DNA of 64,000 nucleotides, taken from contig VRVR01000002.1 of assembly GCA_009859145.1 (NCBI GenBank), forward strand, positions 473,853-537,852. The letters are read 5' to 3'. The notes under the pieces were generated by a model. That model searched no databases and was not told the origin of the DNA. It was given only the letters and a program-made list of their open reading frames with translations. Positions 49,769-60,213 of the stretch are shown here, one piece after another (the stretch's first letter is position 1; the number at the start of each line of letters is the position of its first letter). The position numbers and the translations under genes were made by a program. This DNA comes from Andalucia godoyi And28. Lineage: Eukaryota; Protista; Jakobida.

Positions 49769-50527
49769 CTAGTCTTCTTTGAGTCGGAGGAATTCGCGTC
49801 TTGTACCTTCCTTAGTCATAATGTAAATGTCGACGCCATCGCCCGTGTAAATATCTCGTTCTCCTGCGGAGGTGAATGCATCCTTGACGAGGTCCACGAC
49901 GGACTCGAGAGACGATGTGACGCACACCGGCTCGAGAACCCCGGGTTGTGCCTCGATCTGGTTGTCGAGGAGCGGCTGGATGAGGGGCTCTGCGGATCCT
50001 GAAACGGAGACCGGTACTCTTTCAAAGTTGCCGACGGGGTCATATGCATATACTGCACCGGAGCCGTCTGGCAAGATGCCGCACACCAGGTTCCAAGCGT
50101 AGAACGGAAAGAATCTGCGTTGATAGAGAATAATTGAGAGCATCTGGGCTACGGCCGATGCAGACGGCGGGGTGTTTCCATTTGCATGCGCGTACATGGA
50201 CACACGGGTATCGAGAAGCTTGTGGAGCGAAGCACAGTCGGCTTGCATCCCAGCACTCGCAATTGCAACCGACGATGACAGCGACCGGAGCTTCGTCGCA
50301 GAGCGAGTGTGGATGTTGAATCCTTCTGAAAGCCGAGTGTCGCCCGCCACAACCACAAAGTCAACACCAGCAATCGCCAGAACCGAGCCGTTGTTCATCG
50401 TGTACGGAGAAAACTCCCGGGAACTCGGCCCAGCGTGTGAAGACAGCGACGTGCTGCTGTTGTGGAACCCACCGGTGCTGCCGCCCTGTTGCTCAAAAAG
50501 TTTTGCATTCATTACACTGCTGCGCAT
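49769..50527 (-). CDS. PSMB1: 20S proteasome beta subunit type 1 (beta6/PRE7)
   Basis: FSPYTMNNGSVLAIAG.DFVVVAGDTRLSEGFNI, RRFFPFY, YDPVG, SAGERDIYTGD. Confidence 0.96.
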   Translation of the reverse strand: MRSSVMNAKLFEQQGGSTGGFHNSSTSLSSHAGPSSREFSPYTMNNGSVLAIAGVDFVVVAGDTRLSEGFNIHTRSATKLRSLSSSVAIASAGMQADCASLHKLLDTRVSMYAHANGNTPPSASAVAQMLSIILYQRRFFPFYAWNLVCGILPDGSGAVYAYDPVGNFERVPVSVSGSAEPLIQPLLDNQIEAQPGVLEPVCVTSSLESVVDLVKDAFTSAGERDIYTGDGVDIYIMTKEGTRREFLRLKED

Positions 50528-50936
50528 CTTCTCTTCTTCTTCTTCTTCTTCTCCTTCCTTCCTTCCCTGGTGTCCGAAAAGAAGTGGTCTTTTTAAGAGA
50601 AAAATATATACAATAAAATAAACAACAAAAGGAAAGAGGACGAAAGAGCCTGAGCTTTCCCACTCAGCAGTTCATCCATAGTGACGGTGATTCAAGTCAA
50701 ATGAAATAAAAGGGGGACTTGGAAGTGTTCGAGTTGGCCTTCGTTGCATTTTCGGGATGCATTGAGACTTGACACTTGAGACTGCACTGTTTTCCCGTTT
50801 CTGGGAAGTCGGGCATTCAGGGACCGCGAGGTGTTTGGACTGTCGTCCACCAGTATTGTGCGCTTTCCAAACACCAAGAGTGCACGTCAAGCATCGAGAA
50901 ACAGAAAGAAAGAGAGAAAAAGAGAAAAAGAGAGAA

Positions 50937-51402
50937 ATGTCAGTGTTCACTCGTACGTTTGGTGCTTCTCGCCGTGCGCTGTTTCCTGCATTGCGCGCAG
51001 CCGGAGAAGTCCGGATTCCTTCGTCTGCCTCCGAGCTGCGCATTCCTGAAGACTCGGAGCTGGTGTGGGACGACGGACGCCATCGCCCAGAGCCCGCACT
51101 CGATGACAATGCACCGACAATGTCTTCTGCAAAGTCTCTTGGCATGCTCATTGGAGGATTCGCAGTGTTTGCAGGCGTCTATTCTCTCGCCAGAATCCTG
51201 CATGATGAAAGACCAGTTGTATGTTCCCCCCTCTTTCTTTTCCTTCTTTTTATTGCCATTATCACACTTTGCTACTTTGCTGTATGGACGAGAAAAAAAG
51301 AGCGTGTTTTTTAATTGTGTGTTGAATACCTTGATCTTTTCGCATATTTCTTTGCTCCCAAATACACAGGCAAAACGAGATTTGAGCGAGGCACACGAGT
51401 AA
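50937..51402 (+). CDS. Complex I accessory subunit NDUFB8 (ASHI)-like; exons 50937-51218 and 51370-51402
   Basis: Mitochondrial-targeting-like N-terminus; EDSELVWDDG..PEP.LD motif and a TM helix; GTATGT...CAG intron of 151 nt keeps the frame (104 aa). Confidence 0.75.
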
Positions 51403-51825
51403 GTCAATTTTCACCACCCCTTTGTCGTTTGCTGTCGTTTGCGGTCGTTTGCTTGTTGCTGTTGCTGTTGCTGTTGTTGTGAATCATACAGTAGGACGTA
51501 CAGAAGGATAATGCATCATCATATTGTCTATAAAAAGAATGAGCGTTTTTCACAACGATGGTTTTCTCCCCTCTTTTCCCTTGTTCTTTTTTCACTGCCC
51601 CCACCTCCCCCCGACTTCGCTGCTCTGTGTTTGTGATTTTGCTGTTGACGGAAGCGGAAGTAGAGGAGAAAGCTCCGATGTCGAATCGTGCCACAAGCAA
51701 CCACCGCGATTACTGAGGACGAAACTGTTGAAGAATTCGGTTAATTGCATTTGATTTTTCCTTTGGTCGCTTTCTTTTGCGAAATATGATTTTTCAATAA
51801 CACACTGCTTTGGTGATTGGAAGGA

Positions 51826-52970
51826 ATGCGAAACCAACTGTCGACCATTGTGAGTAAGCAGGGCTTCGTTGTGTTTGACGGCGGAGTCTCTTCCGAGCTG
51901 GAGTTCTCCGGGGTGGTGTTGAATTCGGACTTGTGGTCGTCTATCGAAGTTCTGCGCAATCCTGCGCTTGTGGAAGCCGTCCACAAGTCCTTCTACGCAG
52001 CTGGGGCAGGTACGTCGCTTCTGTCTTTCTTCTGTGGCCCTTCGCCTCTCTTCACGCCTCTCGCTTACTTTATGGTGTAGATGTTGCGACTGCTTGCTGC
52101 TACCAGGCCTGCACCCGTACAGTTGCTGCATGCGGCTTACCTTCCGAAACATTGCAGTCCATTCTTCAAGACGCGGTCCGTGTAGCCAAATCTGCAGCAG
52201 AGAGCAGTCGACAAACCACCGGACCCGGTTTCCGCCTCTGTGCGGCATCTGTGGGCTCATACGGCTCGTCGATGCTTGGAGGCCACGAGTTCACAGGAGC
52301 CTACGACATCAGCGGAGACGAACGCGCTTGGGTGATCCGGCTTAAGGAATTCCACTACAGCAAAGCCTTGCTGCTTGCAGCGCAGAACCCTGATCTGCTG
52401 ATGTTTGAAACCGTCCCTTGTGGTGTCGAAGTCGAAGCGATTCTCGAGATGATGACAACAGACCACGTTCTTTCTGCAGTGCCGTACACCATTTCAGTCA
52501 GCTGCGGCTCGGGAACCGCTCTTTGCAACGGCGATTCGTTTGCGGATGTTGTCGACAGGGTCCGGATGCACGTTCTTCGGGAAATCCAGTTTCGCGAAAC
52601 CCCCCTCAATCTTGCTGGGTTCGGGATCAATTGCACATCACCCCATCTGATCCACAGTCTGCTCTCCACGGTGGGCAAGACAGCCATGGAGGAGCTTGCT
52701 GCTTCGCAGGTATGCATCTTTGCAAACCCGAACTCAGGAGAGTACTGGAATCCGGAAAGTCGAGTTTTCGAATCGGTCCTGGGAGCTCCATCTGGAGGGA
52801 ATCTCTGGACGGAATGGATTCCCGCTTGGTGGGATCTTGGTGTTCGCGGTTTCGGCGGATGCTGCCGAATTCGACCCAGTGATATTTCCCGGATACGCGA
52901 GATCTTGCAGCAGCAGCAACAGCAGCTCACGAGTCACTCTGAGGTCGGAAGCCTAAAACACTGGCAATAA
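51826..52970 (+). CDS. Homocysteine S-methyltransferase; exons 51826-52009 and 52081-52970
   Basis: FDGGVSSELE, LWSS, VHKSFYAAGA|DV, FETVP, GINC, GGCC zinc ligands; 71-nt GT...AG intron restores the frame. Confidence 0.92.
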
Positions 52971-53102
52971 ATTTAAAAAAAGGAGTCGGAATGAACAAGG
53001 AACAGGAACGGGAACGGGAACAGGAACAACAGCATATTTTTACAAGCCGTGGGAGGCGAAGAGGTCGAACAGCGACAAAGGATACTTCCGACTACTCGGT
53101 GT

Positions 53103-54146
53103 TCACTGCACATATTTTGCCGCAGCAACCCTTTTGACGACTGCGGATCGAGAATCCAAAATCGGAGCGCCGTCAAAAGTGGTTCTCATGCGTGTGGCAG
53201 GCATAAAGTCGTGAGAAACAATCCTCTTCGTCTTGTCCTCCTGTCTCATGACGACGGCAACTTTGCCGTATGGATTTCCAACACTGACGAATTCAACTGG
53301 CGGCAATCTTGGCCTCATGGGCGGAGGGTGGAACACAGGGTCACCAACACGGAGTTTGCGCTCTACTCGCCGTTCCAGTGAAGCATTCTGATCAACAATA
53401 TCATATTTGGACGACGCCTGCAACGAATTCCCGGTCGACGGGTTCTTCAACGTTGATGACTCCATGAGGCCCGAAGATCGGATCTTGGACAGCCGCTTTT
53501 TCGAGAGCAGCAGTGGATTCTGTTTCTTGAGAGAATCCGCAAGGGCGTCCTCCACCGGAATCCCACCGTTCACCGTCAGAGGCATCCCGTGCGAATGTGG
53601 CGGGCGGTATACTCCTGCAATGCTCTTCGTACCCATTAAATGATGAAGTCCGGATATTGTGCTTTCGAATTCCTCGTAATACTGTTGTCTCTCAAACGCC
53701 TCCTGCTGCCTTTCCGAATCAACCGCATGCTGCTTTGCGTCTTGCAGGACTAGAAATCCTCGCTCCGTGACCTCCTTCAAATACCTTTTCATCTCGTAAA
53801 AGTCGTTCTTTCGAAGCACACGTTCTCTGTACCCTTTCCAAACCGCCTGAATGCGAGCTGCGCGTTGATTGTGACGACGAATGACTTCATCGAGTCTTGC
53901 ATGGTTTCGCAGAAATTGCAATCTCAGACGCCCACGGTGGCCCCGGAACACTCTCTGCATCAACGTAATGGAAGATCGGACATACTGGTAATCATGACGA
54001 TTTCGAAAGGATCGAAATTTGGATTGTATGATTATCGCTGCACGCTCCTCCTCGATCCGAAAATGCTCTGTTTCTTTCACAGCCTTCAAATGCAACTCTG
54101 TTACAGATGGCTGGCTCGAGTGACACAGCGCATAAAACCGAGACAT
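53103..54146 (-). CDS. IQ-motif protein, SPATA17-like
   Basis: Three IQ motifs (IQSKFRS, MQRVFRG, IQAVWKG); HHLMGTKSIAGVY motif. Likely start ATG 54146. Confidence 0.78.
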   Translation of the reverse strand: MSRFYALCHSSQPSVTELHLKAVKETEHFRIEEERAAIIIQSKFRSFRNRHDYQYVRSSITLMQRVFRGHRGRLRLQFLRNHARLDEVIRRHNQRAARIQAVWKGYRERVLRKNDFYEMKRYLKEVTERGFLVLQDAKQHAVDSERQQEAFERQQYYEEFESTISGLHHLMGTKSIAGVYRPPHSHGMPLTVNGGIPVEDALADSLKKQNPLLLSKKRLSKIRSSGLMESSTLKNPSTGNSLQASSKYDIVDQNASLERRVERKLRVGDPVFHPPPMRPRLPPVEFVSVGNPYGKVAVVMRQEDKTKRIVSHDFMPATRMRTTFDGAPILDSRSAVVKRVAAAKYVQ

Positions 54147-54625
54147 CACGACCGGAAGGAAGGGAAAAAAAAATATGACAGTAATATAATTAAAAATAAT
54201 AATAAAAAGAAACCAACAACAACTACCCTTTTCTTTTCCGCCCCCTCCTCTCCAAATACTAGACCCAATAATGCAAAGCCAGTGCTTGATTGATTGATTA
54301 TTGCCGTGCACAAATAATTAAATATATAAGATTGAAATTAAAAAACAAGGGGAAAAAAATGATAAACAGATTATGAAGGAAGAAGAAACCACACAAATAT
54401 GCTGAAGCAGTCCGTTTTCCCAGAGCTGAATCGGCAGTTGCAAAATGCTTTCGGATTTTTTTGCTTTTGCCTACAGCCGCTGCGGTGAAAGAAAGAACTG
54501 CTCGGAGAAAAAAAAAAATCACGAAAAGAAGGGAAAGGAAAAGAAACGAAACGGACTTTGTTGATTTTTTCTCATTTTCAGTTTTTTCTTGAGAAGTATC
54601 CTTGCGACATAGAGTATAGGCTGGT

Positions 54626-55825
54626 ATGGACGGGGGCGGCGACGACGACGACATTGATTTCGTGATTGAGGCGTTGTCATCCGTGGATATCCGGTCTCCG
54701 TCAAGGCGTGACGCCGATTGGTCCATCGACAGCAGTGAATCGTCTATGGTGTACTGCGACGATCGTCCTCACAATCGACAACACATTCGGTTTTCCGACA
54801 GCACCATGCCTTACGATGGTGGTGGTGGCGATGACGACGACGACAATGATGCGCACGAGTTGTTTGGGAGCCGCAATCAAGCGGGTGGAACGCTTGGCGA
54901 CAGCAATCGAACGGAGACGGCGCCTTTTCATTTGCCGCAATCTGCAGATTTCGCTGGAAAAGCATCCGCGCAGGACACATCGAGTGTTGTAGAGATTTAT
55001 CGAGAGCTTGCCAATCTTCACACAATGATCAGAAAGCGCCATCGTGAATTAGCCAAGTCACAACGCGCAAGCACTCTTCCATTTGTTCAGATGATCAGCA
55101 TCATATCTCGATGCCTCACTGCGGAGCAGTGGGCCAAGGTTGCCCACGAGATCCTGCCGTTGCTACCTTCTCTTGCAGAAGTGCATCCCGGATCCGTCTG
55201 CATGATCGCTTGTCGGGGTCGCATGTTTGATCAGTCGCTGCAAGATTCACAGCTGGCCTCGGCGCATTCGATGCTGCTGAAGTGCGCGGTTCGGGCCCTT
55301 GAAATCGACAGCGCTGACGTGTACGCGATTCACATTGCAGCCTCCTTGTCGTCCCATCATGCGGTACTTCGCAAGACGCTGTCCAGCTTGGAGACTCTGC
55401 TGATATCCAATCCTCAGAAACGGGTCTCGTGGTTCGGGATCGCAGGATCTCTCGACACGGTATTCCGCTGCGCAACTCACTTCAAAACCATGGCCGTTGT
55501 CAAGCCTGCAATAGGATGTTTGCTTGCGGCAATCTCGGTTGAAAAAGGCATGTTCCTCAAACTTGCCAAGGAGCAGATCTACTCGAGACCGTGTATTCGA
55601 GCTCTTTGCGAGAATATTTCGCGTGGCATGTGTGTCGAAGAGTGTTCCGTGATCTTGCAGAAGCTGTGCGCGTCTGTCAAGTCTGATCAGGGAAGAAACC
55701 AGCTGCGTCTCATTTTTGAAGCGGAAGGCGTTCCAGCCACATTGTCCAATCTCGTTACTTCCGGTGTTGCATCGGAGTTTGCCTCCCAGCAGATCGAGTC
55801 CATATCACGTATTCTGAAGTCTTGA
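54626..55825 (+). CDS. Hypothetical protein, acidic N-terminus plus helical (ARM-like) C-terminal region
   Basis: 399-aa ORF with coding-like composition; no specific motif. Confidence 0.7.
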   Translation: MDGGGDDDDIDFVIEALSSVDIRSPSRRDADWSIDSSESSMVYCDDRPHNRQHIRFSDSTMPYDGGGGDDDDDNDAHELFGSRNQAGGTLGDSNRTETAPFHLPQSADFAGKASAQDTSSVVEIYRELANLHTMIRKRHRELAKSQRASTLPFVQMISIISRCLTAEQWAKVAHEILPLLPSLAEVHPGSVCMIACRGRMFDQSLQDSQLASAHSMLLKCAVRALEIDSADVYAIHIAASLSSHHAVLRKTLSSLETLLISNPQKRVSWFGIAGSLDTVFRCATHFKTMAVVKPAIGCLLAAISVEKGMFLKLAKEQIYSRPCIRALCENISRGMCVEECSVILQKLCASVKSDQGRNQLRLIFEAEGVPATLSNLVTSGVASEFASQQIESISRILKS

Positions 55826-55965
55826 CGACCGGTGCTTAACTCCCTGGCCGCGTGGCGTATGTCGAGGTTGAAGAAGGGAGACGGATGGGAGAAAAAGGAT
55901 GGCGTCCATGGAGGTTTTTATTTTATTTTATTTTATTTAATTAATTTTACTACTGGTAATTCTGT

Positions 55966-56685
55966 CTACCTCCTCTTGATCGTCGTCTTGAAATTCTGAA
56001 TGCTCTTTTCGCTGGAAGACCAGATCACCCACTCGGAAAGAGCCGGGAAGTCCTTTTCCTTGGACTCCGCATCGGACTTCTCTCGAAGAGATAGTTCTCG
56101 GTCAACGGCATCCTGGAGTGTCTTTTTAAGAGTCGTTGTCACGATCTGTGATGATTTTGCTGTTTCTGCGTCATCGTTGTCTTTTTCGCATCGAACACCG
56201 ACTATGAGCCTGGGCATTTTGGACTGTTGAGAGGCAAGCGCCACGGTTTGGACGTCGCGGACGGAGTCCACAAACTCCTTGATATGGTCTCTAAATTCTT
56301 GCGAGGCAGGGTCAAGATCGCCATTCACAAGCAGCAACGCTGTCTTCGCTTGCCCAAAGTGCTGTGCAAGATATTTCGATCGCACGCGCGGATGGCCAGG
56401 AATGTCCACGATCGCATTCGCGGTGCCCGCAAAGCGCCCCGCATTCGCGGCCATTGACATGACAGTTCGCACACGAAATCGATTTTCCGTAAACGCATAA
56501 AATAATGTCGTTTTTCCAGAGCCGCAAGGTCCCACAATCAGCGTCGTCGTCGGCTTCGATTTCTGCTGGAAGAACTTTTGGAGGATCCAGACTGTGAGAA
56601 GCAGGACAACGGCTGCACTGAGAACAGACACAAGCAGCTGTGGGCTGAGCTGCAATTCACGTGCAGCATGTGGTTCCGAGGTCAT
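55966..56685 (-). CDS. SRPRB: Signal recognition particle receptor beta subunit
   Basis: N-terminal TM; GPCGSGKTTLF P-loop; TVMSM; DIPGHPRVR. Confidence 0.85.
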   Translation of the reverse strand: MTSEPHAARELQLSPQLLVSVLSAAVVLLLTVWILQKFFQQKSKPTTTLIVGPCGSGKTTLFYAFTENRFRVRTVMSMAANAGRFAGTANAIVDIPGHPRVRSKYLAQHFGQAKTALLLVNGDLDPASQEFRDHIKEFVDSVRDVQTVALASQQSKMPRLIVGVRCEKDNDDAETAKSSQIVTTTLKKTLQDAVDRELSLREKSDAESKEKDFPALSEWVIWSSSEKSIQNFKTTIKRR

Positions 56686-57048
56686 GTTGTCGATTTTTCT
56701 GCAATGCGACCACACAGTGACAGACTTGCAGAGCGCGTAGCTCCTCAGCAGAGCCCTTTAATTTTTTTACTTTTTTGACCTTTTTTCGGAGGCGCACCCC
56801 GTCAGTCAGGTAATGAGTGTTCGCATTGTCGACAGCATTCGACTGCCATCTTTTTCCTGTTTCCCGAACGGTCCTTACAGCAGTTGTGCGATGGGCGCTT
56901 CTCTTTCTTTCTTTCGCTCTTTCTTCTCTCTCTTTTTTATTTTTCTCGTACATTTACACCTGGGAACTACGACTTCCGGTGCTCTAGTGACATTCGCATT
57001 GTACCGCAAATCGTAATCTGGAGCGCCTAGCTACCAGACAAGGGCAGG

Positions 57049-58147
57049 TTACGACTTATGGCTGGAGCAAGCGCAAAACGCATATCGTTTCGCGATCTCA
57101 CTGGCTACCATGTGGATTTCCTCTCCAATGACAGCAGCAGTGTCTTGCAGAAGCGTGTCGCCGCTCACGTTCGCCACAGTGCTTCCAGGTGCCCCCAGAG
57201 GTTTGGCAGCCGGAAGCGGCTGGGATCTCCTTCTTTTTGCTTCAGACTCTCCTAACGACACTCGCTCTGCAGGAGGCAGCGCACCGGAAAAGGAATGAGA
57301 GTACTGCTGGACCTTGGTGCAGCAGTCATTGATCCGTGCAGCAGTGAATTCTCGAGCATTCAAGAGAGGAGATGCAGCAAGCGTCTGACCCCAGTACGTT
57401 TCCCACAGTCCTTCCAAGATCCTTGTTTCTGTCGAAGACCGGAAGTACGAAACCTGGAGCCTGTAGTACTTGTTCGCATGGACTCCATATTCCTCCACCT
57501 TTTCCGACGGAATTGAGGCCACCTTTGCTTCTGTCTTGGCAAGCTGTTTTGCGGCAGATACACTGCTTGCGGCGCCACTCGCAGTTTCCTGAGCAGCCAC
57601 AGGTAGGGTACGAAATGCACCGAGATCGACTTTTCCTGAGCTCATAGTGCGCTTTGGGTCAATGACGATAGCAAGGAAAGGATCCTGGTGAGACTGCTGC
57701 AATTCCTGCGTGGAAACGTCGATACCGGACAGCCAACACCCGTATCCTGGATGCGAGTGATACCACCCCACTACGTTCTCTACCCGCCCGACCGCAGACG
57801 ACGCGGACACATACTGCGCAGAGTACTCGTATGCCTGTTCCTGCGCATTCACCCGTGTTTCCGTTCCCTCAACGGGCAGCGCAAACGCATCCAAGACGAT
57901 AAACGTGTCTCCGTCAATTGCTCCTTGCATAAGGCCCATGACTTCGAGATCGCCTCCCGACCGCGTATGCATGATCATTTTCAGAAGAGCAAGTGCAGAT
58001 ATCTTGGCGTGTCGAAAGTACCTTGGGTCACGGGTCCACGGTTTCGAGAACAGCACGTCCCGCTGCTGCTGTGGATTGTATTTGTACAATGAATCTCCAT
58101 CCAAAGTTTGAATCGAGTTTTCCACCACAAACTGTCTCAATGCTCCA

Positions 58148-58178
<31 letters not shown>

Positions 58179-58191
58179 CTGACGCCGACAT
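57049..58191 (-). CDS. COPS5: COP9 signalosome subunit 5 (JAMM metalloprotease)
   Basis: ISALALLKM, EVMGLMQG, LPVEGTETRVNAQ, VGWYHSHPGYGCWLSGIDVSTQ, IDPKRT. Confidence 0.96.
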
Positions 58192-58451
58192 TCAATACAA
58201 TTCCAATACTGATACCAATAGCAACAAGAACGACAGCGATTAATTTCACAAAAAATCTTGCCAATCTCCTCGTCCTGCTTTTTTTTTTACGTCTGGGGAT
58301 GCCACGACCAGGCAGCAGTGTCGCCACCTGTCGACATGCATCTCTGCAGTGGCGAAAGACAAGTAAGATGCGACGAGAGCTCAAACGAGAGGGGCGCTGA
58401 CGGGAGTTCGATTGTGAATATTCGCACGAAGACTGAGAGAGGCCGCTTCCA

Positions 58452-59378
58452 ATGTCCACAAATGCGAGCGGCAGTAATAAAATGACGGCACCGAGTGCGA
58501 CTGCGGGTGCCAATGCGAGTGACTCTGCAGTTGTTATTGTTGCTGCTGTTGCTGACAGTTCCGGAGGCGGCTCGTCGGCTCATCAACTGGCTCCGGCTCC
58601 GAGTGCCGTACATCCGGATCGAATCAAGTCGAAGAACGAGATCAAGCGAGAAAAGCGGACGCAGCTCAATAAGGAGGCGTGGGACAGGAAACGCTTGAAA
58701 AAACGAGAAACCGAGAAGGAGAAACGAAAGATACGAAACACGTACTTGTCTCCGGAAGCAAAAGATGCGTTGAAGCAGGAAGAAAGGCGGCAGCAAGATC
58801 GGGCGACGCATGCCCATGTTCTTGGACCGGTGCTGGTCGTTGACATGCAATGGAATAGTATTATGCAAGCCAAGGAGAAGAGGGCAGCGACGTCGCAAGT
58901 GAAGGAGTCGTATGCCGCCAATCGAAAATGTGAGTCGCCTTTTCAGTTTTGGATCACTTCATACGATGATGCCTTGTTCTCACACATCACAGGCCGAAAT
59001 TCGTGGCTCGCCCACAAGTCGTCGGAGCACCTGCTGGATGCATTCCGCGACAAGTTGAGCAGTCTTGTGTACCTCACCGCGGATTCTCCAAACACCCTGT
59101 CGACGCTGAACGAACACGATATTTACATCATTGGCGGGTTCGTGGATCGCAACCGTCACAAGAACACAACAGAAGACTGGTCTGCTTCGCATGGCATTCG
59201 CACGGCACGGTTACCGATTGCAAATGTGACAGTTGTGCTTACGATCAACCAAGTCGTGGAGATTCTGTGTCACGCACGAGCACACGGCGATTGGAAACGG
59301 GCTGTGGAAGCCGTCGTCCCCAGTCGAAAGGTGAAGGCACAAGGAAAAGACGCAGTCGAAGTACTTGCAAGTCTCTAA
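58452..59378 (+). CDS. TRMT10: tRNA (guanine-9-N1) methyltransferase TRM10
   Basis: LVYLTADS, YIIGGFVDRNRHK, TARLPI, VLTINQV, W..A...VVP.RK. Confidence 0.92.
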   Translation: MSTNASGSNKMTAPSATAGANASDSAVVIVAAVADSSGGGSSAHQLAPAPSAVHPDRIKSKNEIKREKRTQLNKEAWDRKRLKKRETEKEKRKIRNTYLSPEAKDALKQEERRQQDRATHAHVLGPVLVVDMQWNSIMQAKEKRAATSQVKESYAANRKCESPFQFWITSYDDALFSHITGRNSWLAHKSSEHLLDAFRDKLSSLVYLTADSPNTLSTLNEHDIYIIGGFVDRNRHKNTTEDWSASHGIRTARLPIANVTVVLTINQVVEILCHARAHGDWKRAVEAVVPSRKVKAQGKDAVEVLASL

Positions 59379-59513
59379 CCCAGCCAATGCGTCATCGCCA
59401 CGGGGACACCATCCATCAGTCGGATATTTTTCCCCCTGTCCGAGTGATGCGTGCCTGCTGCCTTCATGCGAATCATTTTCCATGTTTTCCCTTTTTCCCC
59501 CCCTTCCTGCACT

Positions 59514-59842
59514 GCTCGCCAAAACATGAATCATGATTGATCATCATCCGCTAAGCTGTCACCGAAGACAGATCCAGTTTGGGGCGAGCACCACCTCTTC
59601 CATGCAGATTGCTCTGCATCAACGGGTCATCGCAACTACGAGATTCTTGGTCATCGCTATCTTCGGGGCATGGCCGGTTTGAGTTCGTTGGGAAGATCCC
59701 CCCCTTTGGAGTCATGAGATGCTTTGCCATTGATGAAACATGCTGCTTGAGGGTTCAATTATATATTAAAGGGCACGAACAGACGTAAAAAGAACGTGAA
59801 GAATGAAGAAATTCTGGACTTGACTACGGTAAGAACATCGCG
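59514..59842. repeat. Dispersed ~330-bp repeat, copy 2
   Basis: Near-identical to 34414-34746. Confidence 0.92.
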
Positions 59843-60213
59843 TCCCACCAGGGCCAAGAAAAAAGCCTTCCAGAATGATGCTGTTTGATGTTCAACATCG
59901 ATACACAAAAGCTGTCAACCGTCGCAGCTGCTGAGTCGGCAAGTGTTTGACCTGCTCTGCACTGCTCTTCAGGCCTGCACAACAAAACATATACAAATAT
60001 ATATATATATATAAAATCAGCGCTAAATGCGTTCACGAACTCCTCCTTTTCTCCTCCCTCTCTTTTAATTTTTTACTTTCCGTCTACTTTTTCCTTCCTC
60101 AAAATAAAAAGAAAGGGGAAGAAGGGGAAAGAGGAAACAGTTGTCACGCCGATCACTGAAACTTTACTGCTGAATCAAGAACAATCTCTTCGCTATTATT
60201 CTCGTGCAAACCA

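Noticed and set aside
20690-54146. Apparent clustering of ciliary genes (dynein heavy chain, WDR78, SPATA17-like)
   Set aside because: Interspersed with unrelated housekeeping genes; plausible by chance in a compact flagellate genome.
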